Source: Candidatus Poribacteria bacterium
GTDB taxonomy: Bacteria; Poribacteria; WGA-4E; PCPOR2b
Assembly: GCA_965218095.1 (NCBI GenBank)
Contig: OZ244587.1
Coordinates: 3,296,001 to 3,360,000 of the forward strand
DNA length: 64,000 bases
Direction of reading: 5' to 3'
In this document: piece after piece, positions 10,941 to 22,034 of the stretch
How positions within the stretch are numbered: the stretch's first letter is position 1
Layout: every line of letters starts with the position of its first letter
Program-made: the position numbers and the translations under genes
Notes under the pieces: model-generated
Told to the model about the DNA's origin: nothing
Database searches by the model: none
What the model saw: only the letters and a program-made list of their open reading frames with translations

Positions 10941-11280
10941 ATGCCAAATCAGGACAGATATTGAACATATTTCGATGAGGCGTGGAAGAAAGTCATAGAA
11001 CGCTTTTTCCCGGATCTCTTACGCTTCTTTATGCCTCAACTTTATGCGGATGTCGATTTCTCCAAACCGATTGTCTTCCTCGATAAGGAGATAGAGCGAC
11101 TTGGCATGCAGAGCGTTAAAGGAGCGAGGTTTGTTGATAAGCTGGTAAAAGCCCACCTCACGAATGGGAACGAGCAATGGATTCTGATTCATATTGAAGT
11201 GTAAAGCGATCCGGACAGAGAATTCTCAATCCGGATGTTTCGCTACTTCTACCGAATTTTCGACCGGCACGGCAAGCCAA
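10941..11280 (+). pseudogene. Rpn-family PD-(D/E)XK nuclease/putative transposase remnant
   Basis: FDEAWKKVIERFFPDLLRFFMP...FLDKE...VDKLVK...WILIHIEV*...RMFRYFYRIFDR; in-frame TGA and TAA; truncated. Confidence 0.75.
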
Positions 11281-11329
11281 CGAAAAACTCCTTCTTGCCT
11301 ATCCACAAAGCGGATCACGAGAGGAGGCA

Positions 11330-12102
11330 ATGGATCAGCTTCAAAAGATGCTCAATCGAGAGGCATCGCCGAATGGCTACAACACCGCTGGAATGATGTA
11401 CTATCTAAAGTCAGACGATCGACAAAGCCATTGACGTTCCAAAGAGCGCTTCAGATCAACCCTCGTTATCAGCCCCAAAAATAATCTGCACCAACTCTAT
11501 CGTGAGCAGGGGATCGCTGCATTAGCAGATGAAACTTATCCGAAAGCAATTTCGTTTTTTTTACAGGCGCTCAAGTTCAATCCGACAGATTCTACACTGT
11601 ATAATCTGACAGGCAAGGTGTATGCAAGAAGCGGGGACCACCAACTCCACATTCGGCGTGGGAATGATTTGCTAAATCGGAAGAAATATACGTCCGCGCT
11701 GAAGGCGTTGCCGGCTTTTGAGGCCGCCCTCGCGGATGACCTACAGGACAAAGTGGCTTACCAAAATCTCCTGAGTATTGAGTCACGATTTGACGCACAG
11801 CTTAATCGCGCCGATGATTCCTAGACGGTGAAAGATAACCTCGCGCTGATGCGAAACAGCCTCGTGCTTTGCCTCATTGGTCGCGGTGAACACCTCAACA
11901 CGAAAGCCAAATACCGCTCTGCATTAGATCTCGACCCAGAAGAACCGTCGGTTAAAGTATCGCTAATCAACACTGCCATTTGTCTTGCGCAAGCGTTCCA
12001 GAAAAAAAATGGCCCAAAAATATGAAGGAGGTAATCCGGTGGATTCAGGAGCAAGCCCCCGACAATTCAGTAGCCAAAAAGTTGCTTGAGGAAGTGCCGT
12101 AA
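11330..12102 (+). pseudogene. Degraded TPR-repeat protein
   Basis: TPR-like pieces in shifting frames (FQRALQINPRY, KAISFFLQALKFNP, YRSALDLDPE). Confidence 0.6.
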
Positions 12103-12150
12103 TTCTCCTGAGTAACTCATCAGATCTTGTCTTTGGTCCACCGTAATGAT

Positions 12151-14376
12151 ATGCTCAAAAAAGCATCGTTCACTCTATTTCTTCTACTGTCTATTGTTGT
12201 CAGTACTTGTATAATTTCACAGATGCCTGCGGATGCCGCGTTCACAGCGGCACTTGCGCTTGTCGATCAGGGAAACTACGTTCAGGCAGCCCAGCGTTTA
12301 GAATCTTTGCTCCAAACGAAGACTGGAAAGGCGCATCCAGAGAAACAGGAAATCCATCACGTCCTCGCCTACTGTTATGAGAAGCAGAAAAAATGGGAGG
12401 AAGCAATTGAACATTATAAAGAAGCAGTTTCGTCCTCCTATAACCTGGCAGATTATGTCATTTACCGCTTGGCAAGATCGTATGGACACATGAAAGATTA
12501 TCCAAACGCCGTGATCTGGTATCAGCATTTGGTCGATGCACATCCGCAGAGTTTTCATCTCGCTAGAGCAAAGTATGAGATTGCCAAAGCCCATCAGCAG
12601 CAAGGTAATTACGCCAAGGCACTGCAAGACTTTGCGGCGCTCATTGCCCAGCCACAAAATGGTTATGTCAGGCAGGCAACCTATGAGGCCGCAAAGGCTT
12701 ATGAGGGAATGAGTAACTGGAAGGAAGCCCAACTCACCTACCAACGGTTAATCAATGCAAACGATGCTGATAAGATTGCGAAGAACGCGCTTAAGGGCAT
12801 CCAAAGACTCACCAAAGAACATACAGAACTACAAATCACTCGCAGTCAACACATGACGCATGGCATGGTGCTTTATAATGACGGCAAGCTGAAAGATGCT
12901 CGCGCAAAATTTCGTAAAGCCGTCGCAGGCTATAAAGACAAACTGACAGGACGTGCGATCTACTATATTGGCCGTTCATACTACCGCCAGCGGAAATATG
13001 ACCTAGCAGTCAAGGAATACAACAAAATCGTCTCTCTTTACCCGGCGAGTGGTTATCTCACACGCGCGCTTTACCAAACGACACTTTGCTATCGTCGTAA
13101 GGGACAACCTGACCTTGCTCAGAAACATCTGAAGGTTTTTATCAAAACCTACGATTGGAGCGCATTAGCGGATAATGCAATGTATGATCTCGGTTGGGTG
13201 CAAGAGAACCAGAAGCAGTATGATGAAGCAATTGCTTCCTACCGTCGCTTGATGCGCGAATACCGCCGAAACGACCTATTGCCTCAAGCTTACTGGCGGA
13301 TCGGTTGGATTCAGTTTAAGAATAAGCGATATGCGGAGAGCATTGAAACCTTCGGTCTCTTGATGAAACTTTTTCCGAGGGATAGCCTTGCCATGGCGGC
13401 GCACTTCTGGATGGCAAAAAGTCATGAACGCCAGAATCAGTGGGAAGTTGCGCAAAACATATATGGTGAAATTGTGGAAGCCAATTACTGGTACTACAGC
13501 AGCCGGGCAAAGGAACAGCTCAAGCGTCGCACCTCAAAAAAGCAGGCAGGCACGACACCAGTGGCTCTGAATCACCCCCGCGCCCGCGTCATTTCTGACA
13601 GTCCGATCTGGAAAGACATTGGATCAAAGAAAACACCCCGTGTGGAAAAATTGATGCGTCTCAAAATCTTTGAGGATGCGCTTACTGAACTCAAGGGGAC
13701 CGTCAAACACGATCGATCAAACCTTCGAGATGATTATTACAACCTCGTCGTCTGCTACCAGAAACTCAAAAAATTTCAGCAGGCTTGCCAGTATGCGGAT
13801 AGGCTGTCACAAATCCAATCCTTGCGCGATGAAAACCAGGCGATTCCAGTAAAACTCTACCAGCTCCTGTACCCTGTTTACTTTACGGATCTCGTAGGCA
13901 AGCATTCAAAGAAGTATGAGATTGACCCACTGTTTGTGGCTTCGATGATTCGTGAGGAAAGCCGCTACAATGCAGAGATCATTTCCAGCGCGGGTGCAGT
14001 GGGCTTGATGCAGATTATGCCGGCAACAGGACGTGATCTTGCGCGTCGTCTCAAAATTCGTCGATTTCACCGGGGCATGCTCTTTAATCCAGACATCAAC
14101 ATCCGGATGGGAACGTGGTACATGAAGGATCTGATGAACCGGTTTGAAAACAACCACGCGCTCGTCGCAGGAGCGTACAATGGCGGTCCCGGCCGCATGC
14201 AGCGATGGTTAGATGCAAAGAAAATCTCTGATCTGGATGAGTTCATCGAAGATATTGGGCTGACCCAAACGCGCCGTCACATCAAAAAAGTCCTCGATAG
14301 CTATGCCATCTATCAGGAACTTTACCCAAAACCGAAGTCATCCGCCGCAGAAAAATCACAGCAAACTGGTAGTTGA
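12151..14376 (+). CDS. TPR-repeat soluble lytic murein transglycosylase (Slt70-like)
   Basis: Signal peptide, many TPRs, C-terminal SLT motifs IREESRY, GAVGLMQIMP, AYNGGPG. Confidence 0.92.
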   Translation: MLKKASFTLFLLLSIVVSTCIISQMPADAAFTAALALVDQGNYVQAAQRLESLLQTKTGKAHPEKQEIHHVLAYCYEKQKKWEEAIEHYKEAVSSSYNLADYVIYRLARSYGHMKDYPNAVIWYQHLVDAHPQSFHLARAKYEIAKAHQQQGNYAKALQDFAALIAQPQNGYVRQATYEAAKAYEGMSNWKEAQLTYQRLINANDADKIAKNALKGIQRLTKEHTELQITRSQHMTHGMVLYNDGKLKDARAKFRKAVAGYKDKLTGRAIYYIGRSYYRQRKYDLAVKEYNKIVSLYPASGYLTRALYQTTLCYRRKGQPDLAQKHLKVFIKTYDWSALADNAMYDLGWVQENQKQYDEAIASYRRLMREYRRNDLLPQAYWRIGWIQFKNKRYAESIETFGLLMKLFPRDSLAMAAHFWMAKSHERQNQWEVAQNIYGEIVEANYWYYSSRAKEQLKRRTSKKQAGTTPVALNHPRARVISDSPIWKDIGSKKTPRVEKLMRLKIFEDALTELKGTVKHDRSNLRDDYYNLVVCYQKLKKFQQACQYADRLSQIQSLRDENQAIPVKLYQLLYPVYFTDLVGKHSKKYEIDPLFVASMIREESRYNAEIISSAGAVGLMQIMPATGRDLARRLKIRRFHRGMLFNPDINIRMGTWYMKDLMNRFENNHALVAGAYNGGPGRMQRWLDAKKISDLDEFIEDIGLTQTRRHIKKVLDSYAIYQELYPKPKSSAAEKSQQTGS

Positions 14377-14425
14377 ATCCCATCCATGATAGAAGTTGCG
14401 CAGTTGATTACCATGAGTCTACGAT

Positions 14426-14474
14426 TATCTGCATCTTGCATCTCGTATCTTGATCAGGATTCATGATGCAGGTA
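14426..14474. repeat. Heptamer (ATCTTGC/GATGCAG-type) inverted-array hairpin
   Basis: TATCTGCATCTTGCATCTCGTATCTTGATCAGGATTCATGATGCAGGTA. Confidence 0.7.
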
Positions 14475-14523
14475 TCATACAGTATGGAGTTCGTAACCGA
14501 CACAAATAGAAAAGGATAATTCC

Positions 14524-15315
14524 ATGAAACACACAATCGGCTGTACAACCCGTCCTTATGGTTCGCTCACATTCGCAGAAGCGTGCGAACACATCGCGGC
14601 TGCCGGATATACCGATGTCGCAGTCTTCACCAACGCCGGTCAGGTCCCTGTGAGGGCTGATAGCACGAGAGCGGAAATCGTTGCAACCCGCGAAGTCGCC
14701 GGCGATGTTGGGCTGATCCCCTCAATGCTGATCGGCGGCACGAAATTGAATCTTGGCTTGGAAGCCGCCATCGAAGATTATAAGCAGCTCATCGACAACG
14801 CCGCCGCACTCGGTACAAAGTGGCTGCTCGATTGCGGCACGGGAAATGAGGCGCACTACGCGGACTACTTCGAGTTGATGCGTCAAGTGGCGCCACACGC
14901 GGGGGAAGCAGGCGTCAATATCACGATGAAACCGCATGGCGGAATTAGCCTCACCGTCCAGGACCTCATTGAGGCTGATGATGAGGTGAATCACCCTGCG
15001 TTTGGGCTCTGCTACGATCCGGGCAACATTATCTACTACACCAAAGGCGACCTTCGCCCTGAAACCGATGTGGCCGCCGTTGCACCGAAAGTGACGACGA
15101 CGATTATCAAGGATTGCGTGGTCGAAGACGGGGCACCTGATGTGATGGTCACGCCGGGCGAAGGGCTGGTGGATTTTGAGAAGGTGCTTGGCGGGCTTGT
15201 CGCCGGTGGATTTGACGGGCCATTATATGTCGAATGCGTTGGCGGGAAAGCCGTGGACGAAATCAACGCAAACGTTGAATCGACGCTGAAATTTGTAAGT
15301 AATATTTTGGCGTAA
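14524..15315 (+). CDS. Sugar phosphate isomerase/epimerase (xylose isomerase-like TIM barrel)
   Basis: KPHGG, CYDPGN, IKD, PGEGLVDF, GFDGPLYVE; GGA-type RBS. Confidence 0.85.
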   Translation: MKHTIGCTTRPYGSLTFAEACEHIAAAGYTDVAVFTNAGQVPVRADSTRAEIVATREVAGDVGLIPSMLIGGTKLNLGLEAAIEDYKQLIDNAAALGTKWLLDCGTGNEAHYADYFELMRQVAPHAGEAGVNITMKPHGGISLTVQDLIEADDEVNHPAFGLCYDPGNIIYYTKGDLRPETDVAAVAPKVTTTIIKDCVVEDGAPDVMVTPGEGLVDFEKVLGGLVAGGFDGPLYVECVGGKAVDEINANVESTLKFVSNILA

Positions 15316-15449
15316 AACGTAATGGTTTATCGGAGATTTTTGTTCTGAGAGATGTATTGAATAGGGACAGTGTGCATCAAAAATTATGGGGTTTTCAGTT
15401 CTCATCGTCACCGAAGTCTCCTCACCCAAGTCTGGATAAAGCGTATTGA

Positions 15450-16454
15450 TCAAGAATTGGTATAAGAAATCACCCGAACTTTCGTGCCATGCGTCATCGC
15501 TTCCTCAATGGCAAGGCACGTTTCAACAGTGGCAATCCCTTTGGACAACGGACAAACCGACTCTCCATCCCCCAGGATACTATCGACGAAGTTTTCCATT
15601 TCATATTGCCATTCGGGTGAACCCCGCCCATGCAGCAGCGTTGTCTTCAACCGATCCGGATTCCATTCCGCTGATTTGTGCAGATAGCCGTGCAGAATCT
15701 CCTCCTCCCACCAACAGACAATCGTCCCCGCATGTCCATAGACGGACAACGATATGATGTATGGACACACCACCGATGCGCTGCTAAACACTTTCCCCAT
15801 CGCACCATTTTTGAACTTCAGGATGGCGATTCGCGCATGTTCTGTATAATCCCCTGATACTTCCTCAACATCGCCGGCGATCCAACGCAGCAAATCCACA
15901 GAATGATATGCAATGCCGAGTCGAACTTGCGCACGCGGGCTGCGCCCCCATGTCAGATGGCTTGGATATTCATTCGGATCTGGCTTATGGGCGTAGTTGG
16001 ACGAAAGGTAGAAGACATCGCCGATTTCACCGCGGGCAGTGATCTTCCTGGCATGCGCGTATGTGGGCCAAGAGCGGCAGATGTGTCCGGTGGCTGCCTT
16101 CTGATTTGGGTGTTCAAACAGGGCAATGCGGAGGGCTTGGCACTCCTCAATCGTGAGGCAGGCTGGCGTTTCGCCGATCACATGCTTCCCGGCTTGCAGG
16201 CATGTAAGTAGTTGTTCGGCATGCAGGTAGTGCGGCGTGCAAAGATCGAATGCGTCGATCTCGTCATCCTTCAAGGCTTCGTCGAATGAGCGGTAGATCT
16301 TTGGAACACTCCACATTTCCGCCTTCGCCTTTGAGGCATCGGAATGCGCGACGACAGCAAGAACCGTCGCTTTTTCAGGAATGGCTTGATAACCGTTAAA
16401 ATGGTTCGTACCGGTCCAGCCTGTACCGACCAGGCAGACTTTGACTTTTTCCAT
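15450..16454 (-). CDS. Gfo/Idh/MocA family oxidoreductase
   Basis: LVGTGWTG Rossmann motif; CTPHYLH; AGKHVIGETP; GEIGDV; HSVDLLRW. Confidence 0.9.
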   Translation of the reverse strand: MEKVKVCLVGTGWTGTNHFNGYQAIPEKATVLAVVAHSDASKAKAEMWSVPKIYRSFDEALKDDEIDAFDLCTPHYLHAEQLLTCLQAGKHVIGETPACLTIEECQALRIALFEHPNQKAATGHICRSWPTYAHARKITARGEIGDVFYLSSNYAHKPDPNEYPSHLTWGRSPRAQVRLGIAYHSVDLLRWIAGDVEEVSGDYTEHARIAILKFKNGAMGKVFSSASVVCPYIISLSVYGHAGTIVCWWEEEILHGYLHKSAEWNPDRLKTTLLHGRGSPEWQYEMENFVDSILGDGESVCPLSKGIATVETCLAIEEAMTHGTKVRVISYTNS

Positions 16455-16622
16455 CGTAATCTCCTTTTTTTGATCCCAAGCTCTTTATGAGAACGGGATG
16501 CTTATACATCTAGACAGCCTCTATTGGGTATGGTAAAATATTAGTATTGCCAAAGAAGCATTTTTCGCTTTAGCGATCTTTTGAAATGCTTCATTCGGAA
16601 TGATAATCCCCGGAAGCCCTCT

Positions 16623-18107
16623 ATGAAAGAAATTCAGTGGCATACGCACGGATTTCCCATTGCGCTTTCCACGCTGTTGATTTGGTTGGTTGCTGTTTTT
16701 TGCTCGCAGGCAATCAGCGATGCGGCGCTGCCCCTTGATGAAATTATACTGCCGCCGGGCTTTCAAATTAGCGTCTATGCGGAAAACGTCCCCGGTGCGC
16801 GTTCGATGAACCGGAGCCCCAATGGAACGCTGTTTGTTGGAACGAGGGGTACGGGAAAAGTCTACGCAGTTTTAGAGCACGATGAGGACAACAAAGCCGA
16901 TGAGGTGATTACGCTCGCACAGGGATTGAATACACCCAATGGCGTTGCCTTCCACGATGGCGTGCTCTATGTGGCTGAGGTCAATCGTGTGCTGCGATAC
17001 GACAATATCGAAGCCAATCTGCACAACCCGCCTGCACCTGTTGTGGTCAATAATAGTTTTCCGCGGGATGCGCATCACGGCTGGAAGTTTATCCGCTTCG
17101 GTCCAGATGGGATGCTCTACGTTCCGGTGGGCGCACCGTGTAACGTCTGCAAGCGCGATGACCAACGCTATGCAACGATCATGCGGATGAAACCTGATGG
17201 CGCCGGCCTGGAAATCTTTGCTCATGGGGTACGTAACTCCGTTGGTTTTGATTGGCATCCGGAGACCCAGGAGCTCTGGTTCACCGACAACGGGCGTGAT
17301 CTGATGGGCGACAATCTTCCCCCCGACGAACTGAATCGTGTAGCAGAGAAAGGACTACACTTCGGCTTCCCCTATTGTCACGGCGGGGATATTCTTGACC
17401 CACGCTTCGGTCAGCAACACAAGTGTGAGGAGTTTACGCCACCGGCAATGAAATTGGGACCGCATGTGGCGTCGCTCGGCATGCGCTTTTACACCGGTTC
17501 AATGTTCCCCGAAGAATACCACAACCACATCTTCATCGCCGAGCACGGTTCGTGGAATCGTACTGTGCCGATTGGCTATCGTGTGACCCTTGTGCGGCTG
17601 AAAGGGGATAAAGCGGTGTCCTATGAAGTCTTTGCGGAGGGTTGGCTGCGAGAGAACGGTCAGGCGTGGGGGCGTCCCGTGGATCTGCTCGTGATGGCCG
17701 ATGGCGCGCTCCTCGTCTCCGATGACCGCGTGGGCGCAATTTACCGCATCAGCAAGTCTGCCGCCGTCCCGGTCAATCCGGAAGGGAAGCAACAAGTCTT
17801 GTTGGGGGAAATCAAGCGGAATGCGCTGTTTCAAAACTACCCTAACCCCTTTAATCCAGAAACGTGGATTCCCTTCCAACTGGCGGAAAAGGCGTATGTT
17901 CGCATCCGCATCTACGACGCTTCAGGACATCTTGTGCGCGAATTAGACCTTGGTGAACAGCCTAAGGGTAACTACCGGGAGCAGCAAAAAGCGGCTCACT
18001 GGGACGGGCGAGATCGCTTCGGCGAGTTTGTCAGCAGCGGTATCTATTTCTACACTTTGGAAGCCGGTGATTTCCGCGCTACGCGGCGAATGAGTGTGGT
18101 GCGATAG
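16623..18107 (+). CDS. Secreted PQQ-dependent sugar/L-sorbosone dehydrogenase-like beta-propeller with a C-terminal FlgD-Ig/T9SS-A-like domain
   Basis: LPPGFQISVYA, HHGWKFIRFGPDG, GVRNSVGFDWHP, EHGSWNR, GRPVD; tail NYPNPFNPETWIPFQL...WDGRD..GE.VSSGIYFY. Confidence 0.9.
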   Translation: MKEIQWHTHGFPIALSTLLIWLVAVFCSQAISDAALPLDEIILPPGFQISVYAENVPGARSMNRSPNGTLFVGTRGTGKVYAVLEHDEDNKADEVITLAQGLNTPNGVAFHDGVLYVAEVNRVLRYDNIEANLHNPPAPVVVNNSFPRDAHHGWKFIRFGPDGMLYVPVGAPCNVCKRDDQRYATIMRMKPDGAGLEIFAHGVRNSVGFDWHPETQELWFTDNGRDLMGDNLPPDELNRVAEKGLHFGFPYCHGGDILDPRFGQQHKCEEFTPPAMKLGPHVASLGMRFYTGSMFPEEYHNHIFIAEHGSWNRTVPIGYRVTLVRLKGDKAVSYEVFAEGWLRENGQAWGRPVDLLVMADGALLVSDDRVGAIYRISKSAAVPVNPEGKQQVLLGEIKRNALFQNYPNPFNPETWIPFQLAEKAYVRIRIYDASGHLVRELDLGEQPKGNYREQQKAAHWDGRDRFGEFVSSGIYFYTLEAGDFRATRRMSVVR

Positions 18108-18417
18108 GCGTAGAATATGTCCGATTCTCGGACAAGCACTGCCAGCTTGTTCCCTCGTTAATGTCAACAGTAGTAGGAGTTACGCACTTCATATTCAGCG
18201 AGTCCCTCTACGCCTACATCTTGAATCTTGAATCCCGCTACAGATGCAGAATTCACGTGTAATCTGTTGTATTTGCTCGGAGGTAAAGCAGATTTTGTGG
18301 ATTTTTTGACACTGCTAGAAAACAGAATCCCCGAAATCCTATCTCCGTTCTATAATTCTCACCATCCGTAATCAAAAAGTGAAAGAATTTCCACCCCAAA
18401 ATTGATGGAGGCTAATT

Positions 18418-19145
18418 ATGAAGATAAACAAGAGGACAAGCTGGAAAATTACAGCATTATTTGCTGTGTGCGTGACTTCAAGTGTGATGTTTCTCAACAG
18501 TTGTGCGGTAATTGAGGGACTGAGTTTCTCAAGGGAAAAAAGGATGAGGAAGTTGAAATCCCATCCAACGGCGAGAATACGATTCAGCTCCCGCTCTTCT
18601 TACGTTTTGTAGACCTTTACCAGGGAATTCAGAGTCTACGAAATCAGGATGAATCGACGTACGAAATGAACTGTGGTTTCTCGTTTAATCTACCGGTTCT
18701 GGGGGCTGTGCGCGTGCCGGTCAGTAAGGATGGGAAATTTCCTTCGCTCAAGCTCCCAACAGTGAATGTGGACGCACTTAAACTCACACATCTGGAGTTC
18801 ACGGGGACGGACCTAAAACTCGGTGTACGGCTAAAGAATCCCAACGCTTTGTCAATGATCCTTGATCGTTTCCAGTATCAGTTTGAAATCAATGGAAACT
18901 GCTGGGTTGTTGGGGAAGCCAAAGAGAAAACACAGGTTGCGGAAAAAGGCGAAGGTCTGATTGAAATTCCGATCCCCCTTAATTTTCTTGAGATGGGGAA
19001 ATCGGTTCCTCAGTTGCTCAGGGGTGGCAAAAACTTAGACTATCAATTTAGAGGCAGTCTTGATCTGACGACTTCACTTCCCCTTTTGGGCAAGGTGACT
19101 CTGCCTTTTGATCGTTTGGGAAAGATCAAAGCGCTTCGGAAGTGA
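18418..19145 (+). pseudogene. LEA_2/WHy-domain lipoprotein with a disrupted N-terminal half
   Basis: Lipoprotein signal (FLNSC) in the 18418 frame; LEA_2 domain (LKNPNALSMILDRFQYQFEING) in the 18666 frame; deletion or frameshift between them. Confidence 0.65.
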
Positions 19146-19212
19146 ATTACCAGTATGTCAGCGTGAACAAAAATTGTTGACCCTTTCCTTCAAAAACAAG
19201 TTTTGGGCCCGA

Positions 19213-19521
19213 TTAGCAATTGACCTTAACCTCATCGTCTTCAACGAGGACTTGGTAGGATCGGACGCGAAGTCTGGCATCCGTCTGGCATTCACCGCTT
19301 TTGAGGTCATAAGCATAGCTGTGAACGGGACAGATCGCCAGTCCGTTTCTTACACGTCCTCTACCAAGCGGCCCCAGCGCGTGGGCACATGTATTGTCAA
19401 GGGCATAGAAATTCTCCCCATCAACATTAAAAACCGCAATCCGTTTCCCTTTGACGGTAAATGCTTTCCCCCGTCCTTCCTTAATATCCGATGTTTTTGC
19501 GACAGTCACATAAGATGGCAT
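19213..19521 (-). CDS. Rieske [2Fe-2S] ferredoxin
   Basis: CAHALGPL...CPVHSYAYDLKSG; start MPSYV after GAGGAAGGAG RBS. Confidence 0.9.
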   Translation of the reverse strand: MPSYVTVAKTSDIKEGRGKAFTVKGKRIAVFNVDGENFYALDNTCAHALGPLGRGRVRNGLAICPVHSYAYDLKSGECQTDARLRVRSYQVLVEDDEVKVNC

Positions 19522-19602
19522 TTGTTCTCCTTCCTCTTGCGCAAAACGTGAAACGTGATGCATATTGCGAAAGTATCCCCATGAGCTTTTGAACTCATGA
19601 AT

Positions 19603-21280
19603 TCATTCCTTGACACTGCCCAACGTGATGCCTTGCACAAATTCACGCTGCATGGCTAAAAAGAGAATGATAATCGGCATGAGCGACAGGAGCGTTCCCG
19701 CCATCAGCATGCCGTATTCCTGCCGATAAACGCCAACCAGGTTGGCTAAACCGAGTGGTAGAGTGTATTTCGATTCATCGCGCAAAATGATCAGGGGCCA
19801 CAAATAGCTGTTCCACGATCCGAGGAACGCGTAGATCGTCAGTGCACCAAGCGCGGGCTTGATAATGGGAAGGATGATCCGCCAGTAGATACCGAACTCC
19901 GAGCAGTCGTCAATCCGAGCCGCGTCAATCAGGTCAGACGGGATGCCAACGATAAACTGACGCATCAGGAAAATCCCAAACGCCCCGACGGAAAACGGGA
20001 TAATAATCGCTTTGTAGCTATCGAGCCAGCGAATTTTGTACATCATGCCAAACAGCGGAACCAGCAAAACCTGAAAAGGGATCATCATCAACGCCAACAG
20101 AATGCCGAACAGGATCTTTTGTCCACGAAAACGGTACTTCGCAAAGGCGTAACCGGCAAGTGAACAGAAAAACAGGGTCAGCAGCGTCGACGCGGTGGAG
20201 ATGAATATACTGTTGATGAAGTATCGACTATACGGCGCCGCCTCCCACAGACGACGGTAGTTATAGGTGAACTTATCCCAACAGATGGCGAGGTAAGGTG
20301 GGCGATAGATTTCCACCTTCAGGCGTAACTCGTTTGATAGGTTTGCCTCCGATAACTCGCCCACTTCACGCGACATCATGATCTGATCGGATTCTAACTG
20401 CCCGGTCTGTCCATGAAGTCGCCAGACGGATTTCCGCCAGAGTGAATCGCTCAATACAAACGATCGACTTGAACGGTAGGTGATGCCTCCCGCCTCGATG
20501 GTTAAGCGTAGATGGTGATAAGACGCAATCCCCACGCACAGGAATACTGATGAGGCGGATGAGGTTGATTGGAATGGGGAACCGAATCAAAGTGGCGATC
20601 TGCGCTCTGTTATCCTGATTAAAATGGTAGGAGAGGCGGGTGCCGTTGGAGTTTCCGGTGAATTCACGCAGGCTTTTCACATTTTCAGATGCCCCTTCCC
20701 ACTTCGACATCCCCACCGAAATATGATTGAAGTTCGTATCCTCGATCTGGATACTTCCCAACGCAACTTCGTAATAGAGGGAATCCCAGAGGCTGTCAAT
20801 GGTTTCAGAGATAATTGCAGGTCGGATCATCTCCAAGATCTCCGCTGTTGAACCCTCCCAGACTTCACCGGGAAGCCCAGCGATTAGTTGTTTCCAAAGC
20901 CCCTCAACCATTTCGTTTTGCAGTTCGGCATTCAACTCCCGGTCATAATTCTCCATCCGATTGTTCGCCGCGATATGCTTCTGGGCTTCCTTCCAGATCA
21001 ACGCTGAGATCTGTGGTTGCAAATCTGCCCAAACGCTTTGCTCGAGGGTGTCTGGCTTCCGGATTGGTGGATAAGCATCCTGATCAATATACGGCGAGGA
21101 TTTCACATTCGGCGGTGCCTCAGGAAACCATTTGAGTGGCACGGCGAAGAGCTCATTAGCCGTCTTGAACGACGAAGTCACAAGCCACAGCAACGGTATC
21201 ATCGTAGCAATCGCTGCACCGACGAGGATAACGTATCCAATGAGCTTGGCGATCAGCGTTGTTTGTGTTGATAGGTTCAT
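19603..21280 (-). pseudogene. Carbohydrate ABC transporter permease (MalG-like) with a large periplasmic insertion; single frameshift
   Basis: N-terminal PLLWLVTSSFKT; C-terminal DAARIDDCS EAA-like loop and SWNSYLWPL; frames join at PVRGD(t)ASYHH near 20530. Confidence 0.75.
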
Positions 21281-21362
21281 CGGCTTGCCTCGAGCGTATG
21301 ACAGGTTGTGTGATTAAGTGAGGCGTAACCTTGGAAGGTTTCTTACATTTACGCATCACATA

Positions 21363-21896
21363 TTACAACTCCCGAATCCGAATGTCGCGAAACTGAACGG
21401 GCCCGTGATCCCCCTGCAACATGAGCGGGCCCTTGGGCGAATTGTCGTCGCCCAAGGGCCCACCTGTTGGTCCTTTGACGGTCACGTTATCGTGGATCTT
21501 GGTTCCATTCAAAAACACTGTCAGAGTCATGCCCTTGAGCGTCGCATCCACTGTTTGCCACTGCCCTGCTGGTTTGCTCGCCTCGACATCCACATGTTTC
21601 TGATTATAAAGGGCGCCGTTCTCAGCCGGGTAGTTGTAGGTCTTTCCCAGGCTGTCGAGGATCTGAAGTTCATAACGACCGCGGAGATAAATGCCGCTGT
21701 TGCTGTCCTTCGGTACCAGGTATTCGATGTGCAACTCGAAATCGCCGAACTCCCCCTCGGTGATGATGTCCACGCCTTTATCGGTGTTGTCGAGAATGCC
21801 GTCGCGGACAACCCACCTGTGTTCCCGATCCGGATGCCGCATCCGCCAGCTAGTGAGGTCCTTCCCATTAAAAAGCTCAATCCATTCGTTTGCCAT
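21363..21896 (-). CDS. DUF1080 / 3-keto-disaccharide hydrolase family protein
   Basis: LFNGKDLTSW, FGDFELHIEY, NSGIYLRGRYELQILDS, LQGDHGPVQFRDIRIREL; start at ATG 21896 after AAGGAG. Confidence 0.9.
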   Translation of the reverse strand: MANEWIELFNGKDLTSWRMRHPDREHRWVVRDGILDNTDKGVDIITEGEFGDFELHIEYLVPKDSNSGIYLRGRYELQILDSLGKTYNYPAENGALYNQKHVDVEASKPAGQWQTVDATLKGMTLTVFLNGTKIHDNVTVKGPTGGPLGDDNSPKGPLMLQGDHGPVQFRDIRIREL

Positions 21897-22034
21897 GAGG
21901 GTTATCTCCTTTGTTATGGTTGATCGAATCGTGCGAATTATAACAAAACATGGACGCACTAGCAAGCCGAAAGGTTCACCTGTTCTCAAAGCAGTGTACG
22001 TGCAACGCAACAGAGGAGGCGTAAACCCGGAGGA

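Noticed and set aside
10962-10964. In-frame TGA in the Rpn-like gene as possible Sec
   Set aside because: Not at a Cys motif; the gene also has a TAA and is truncated
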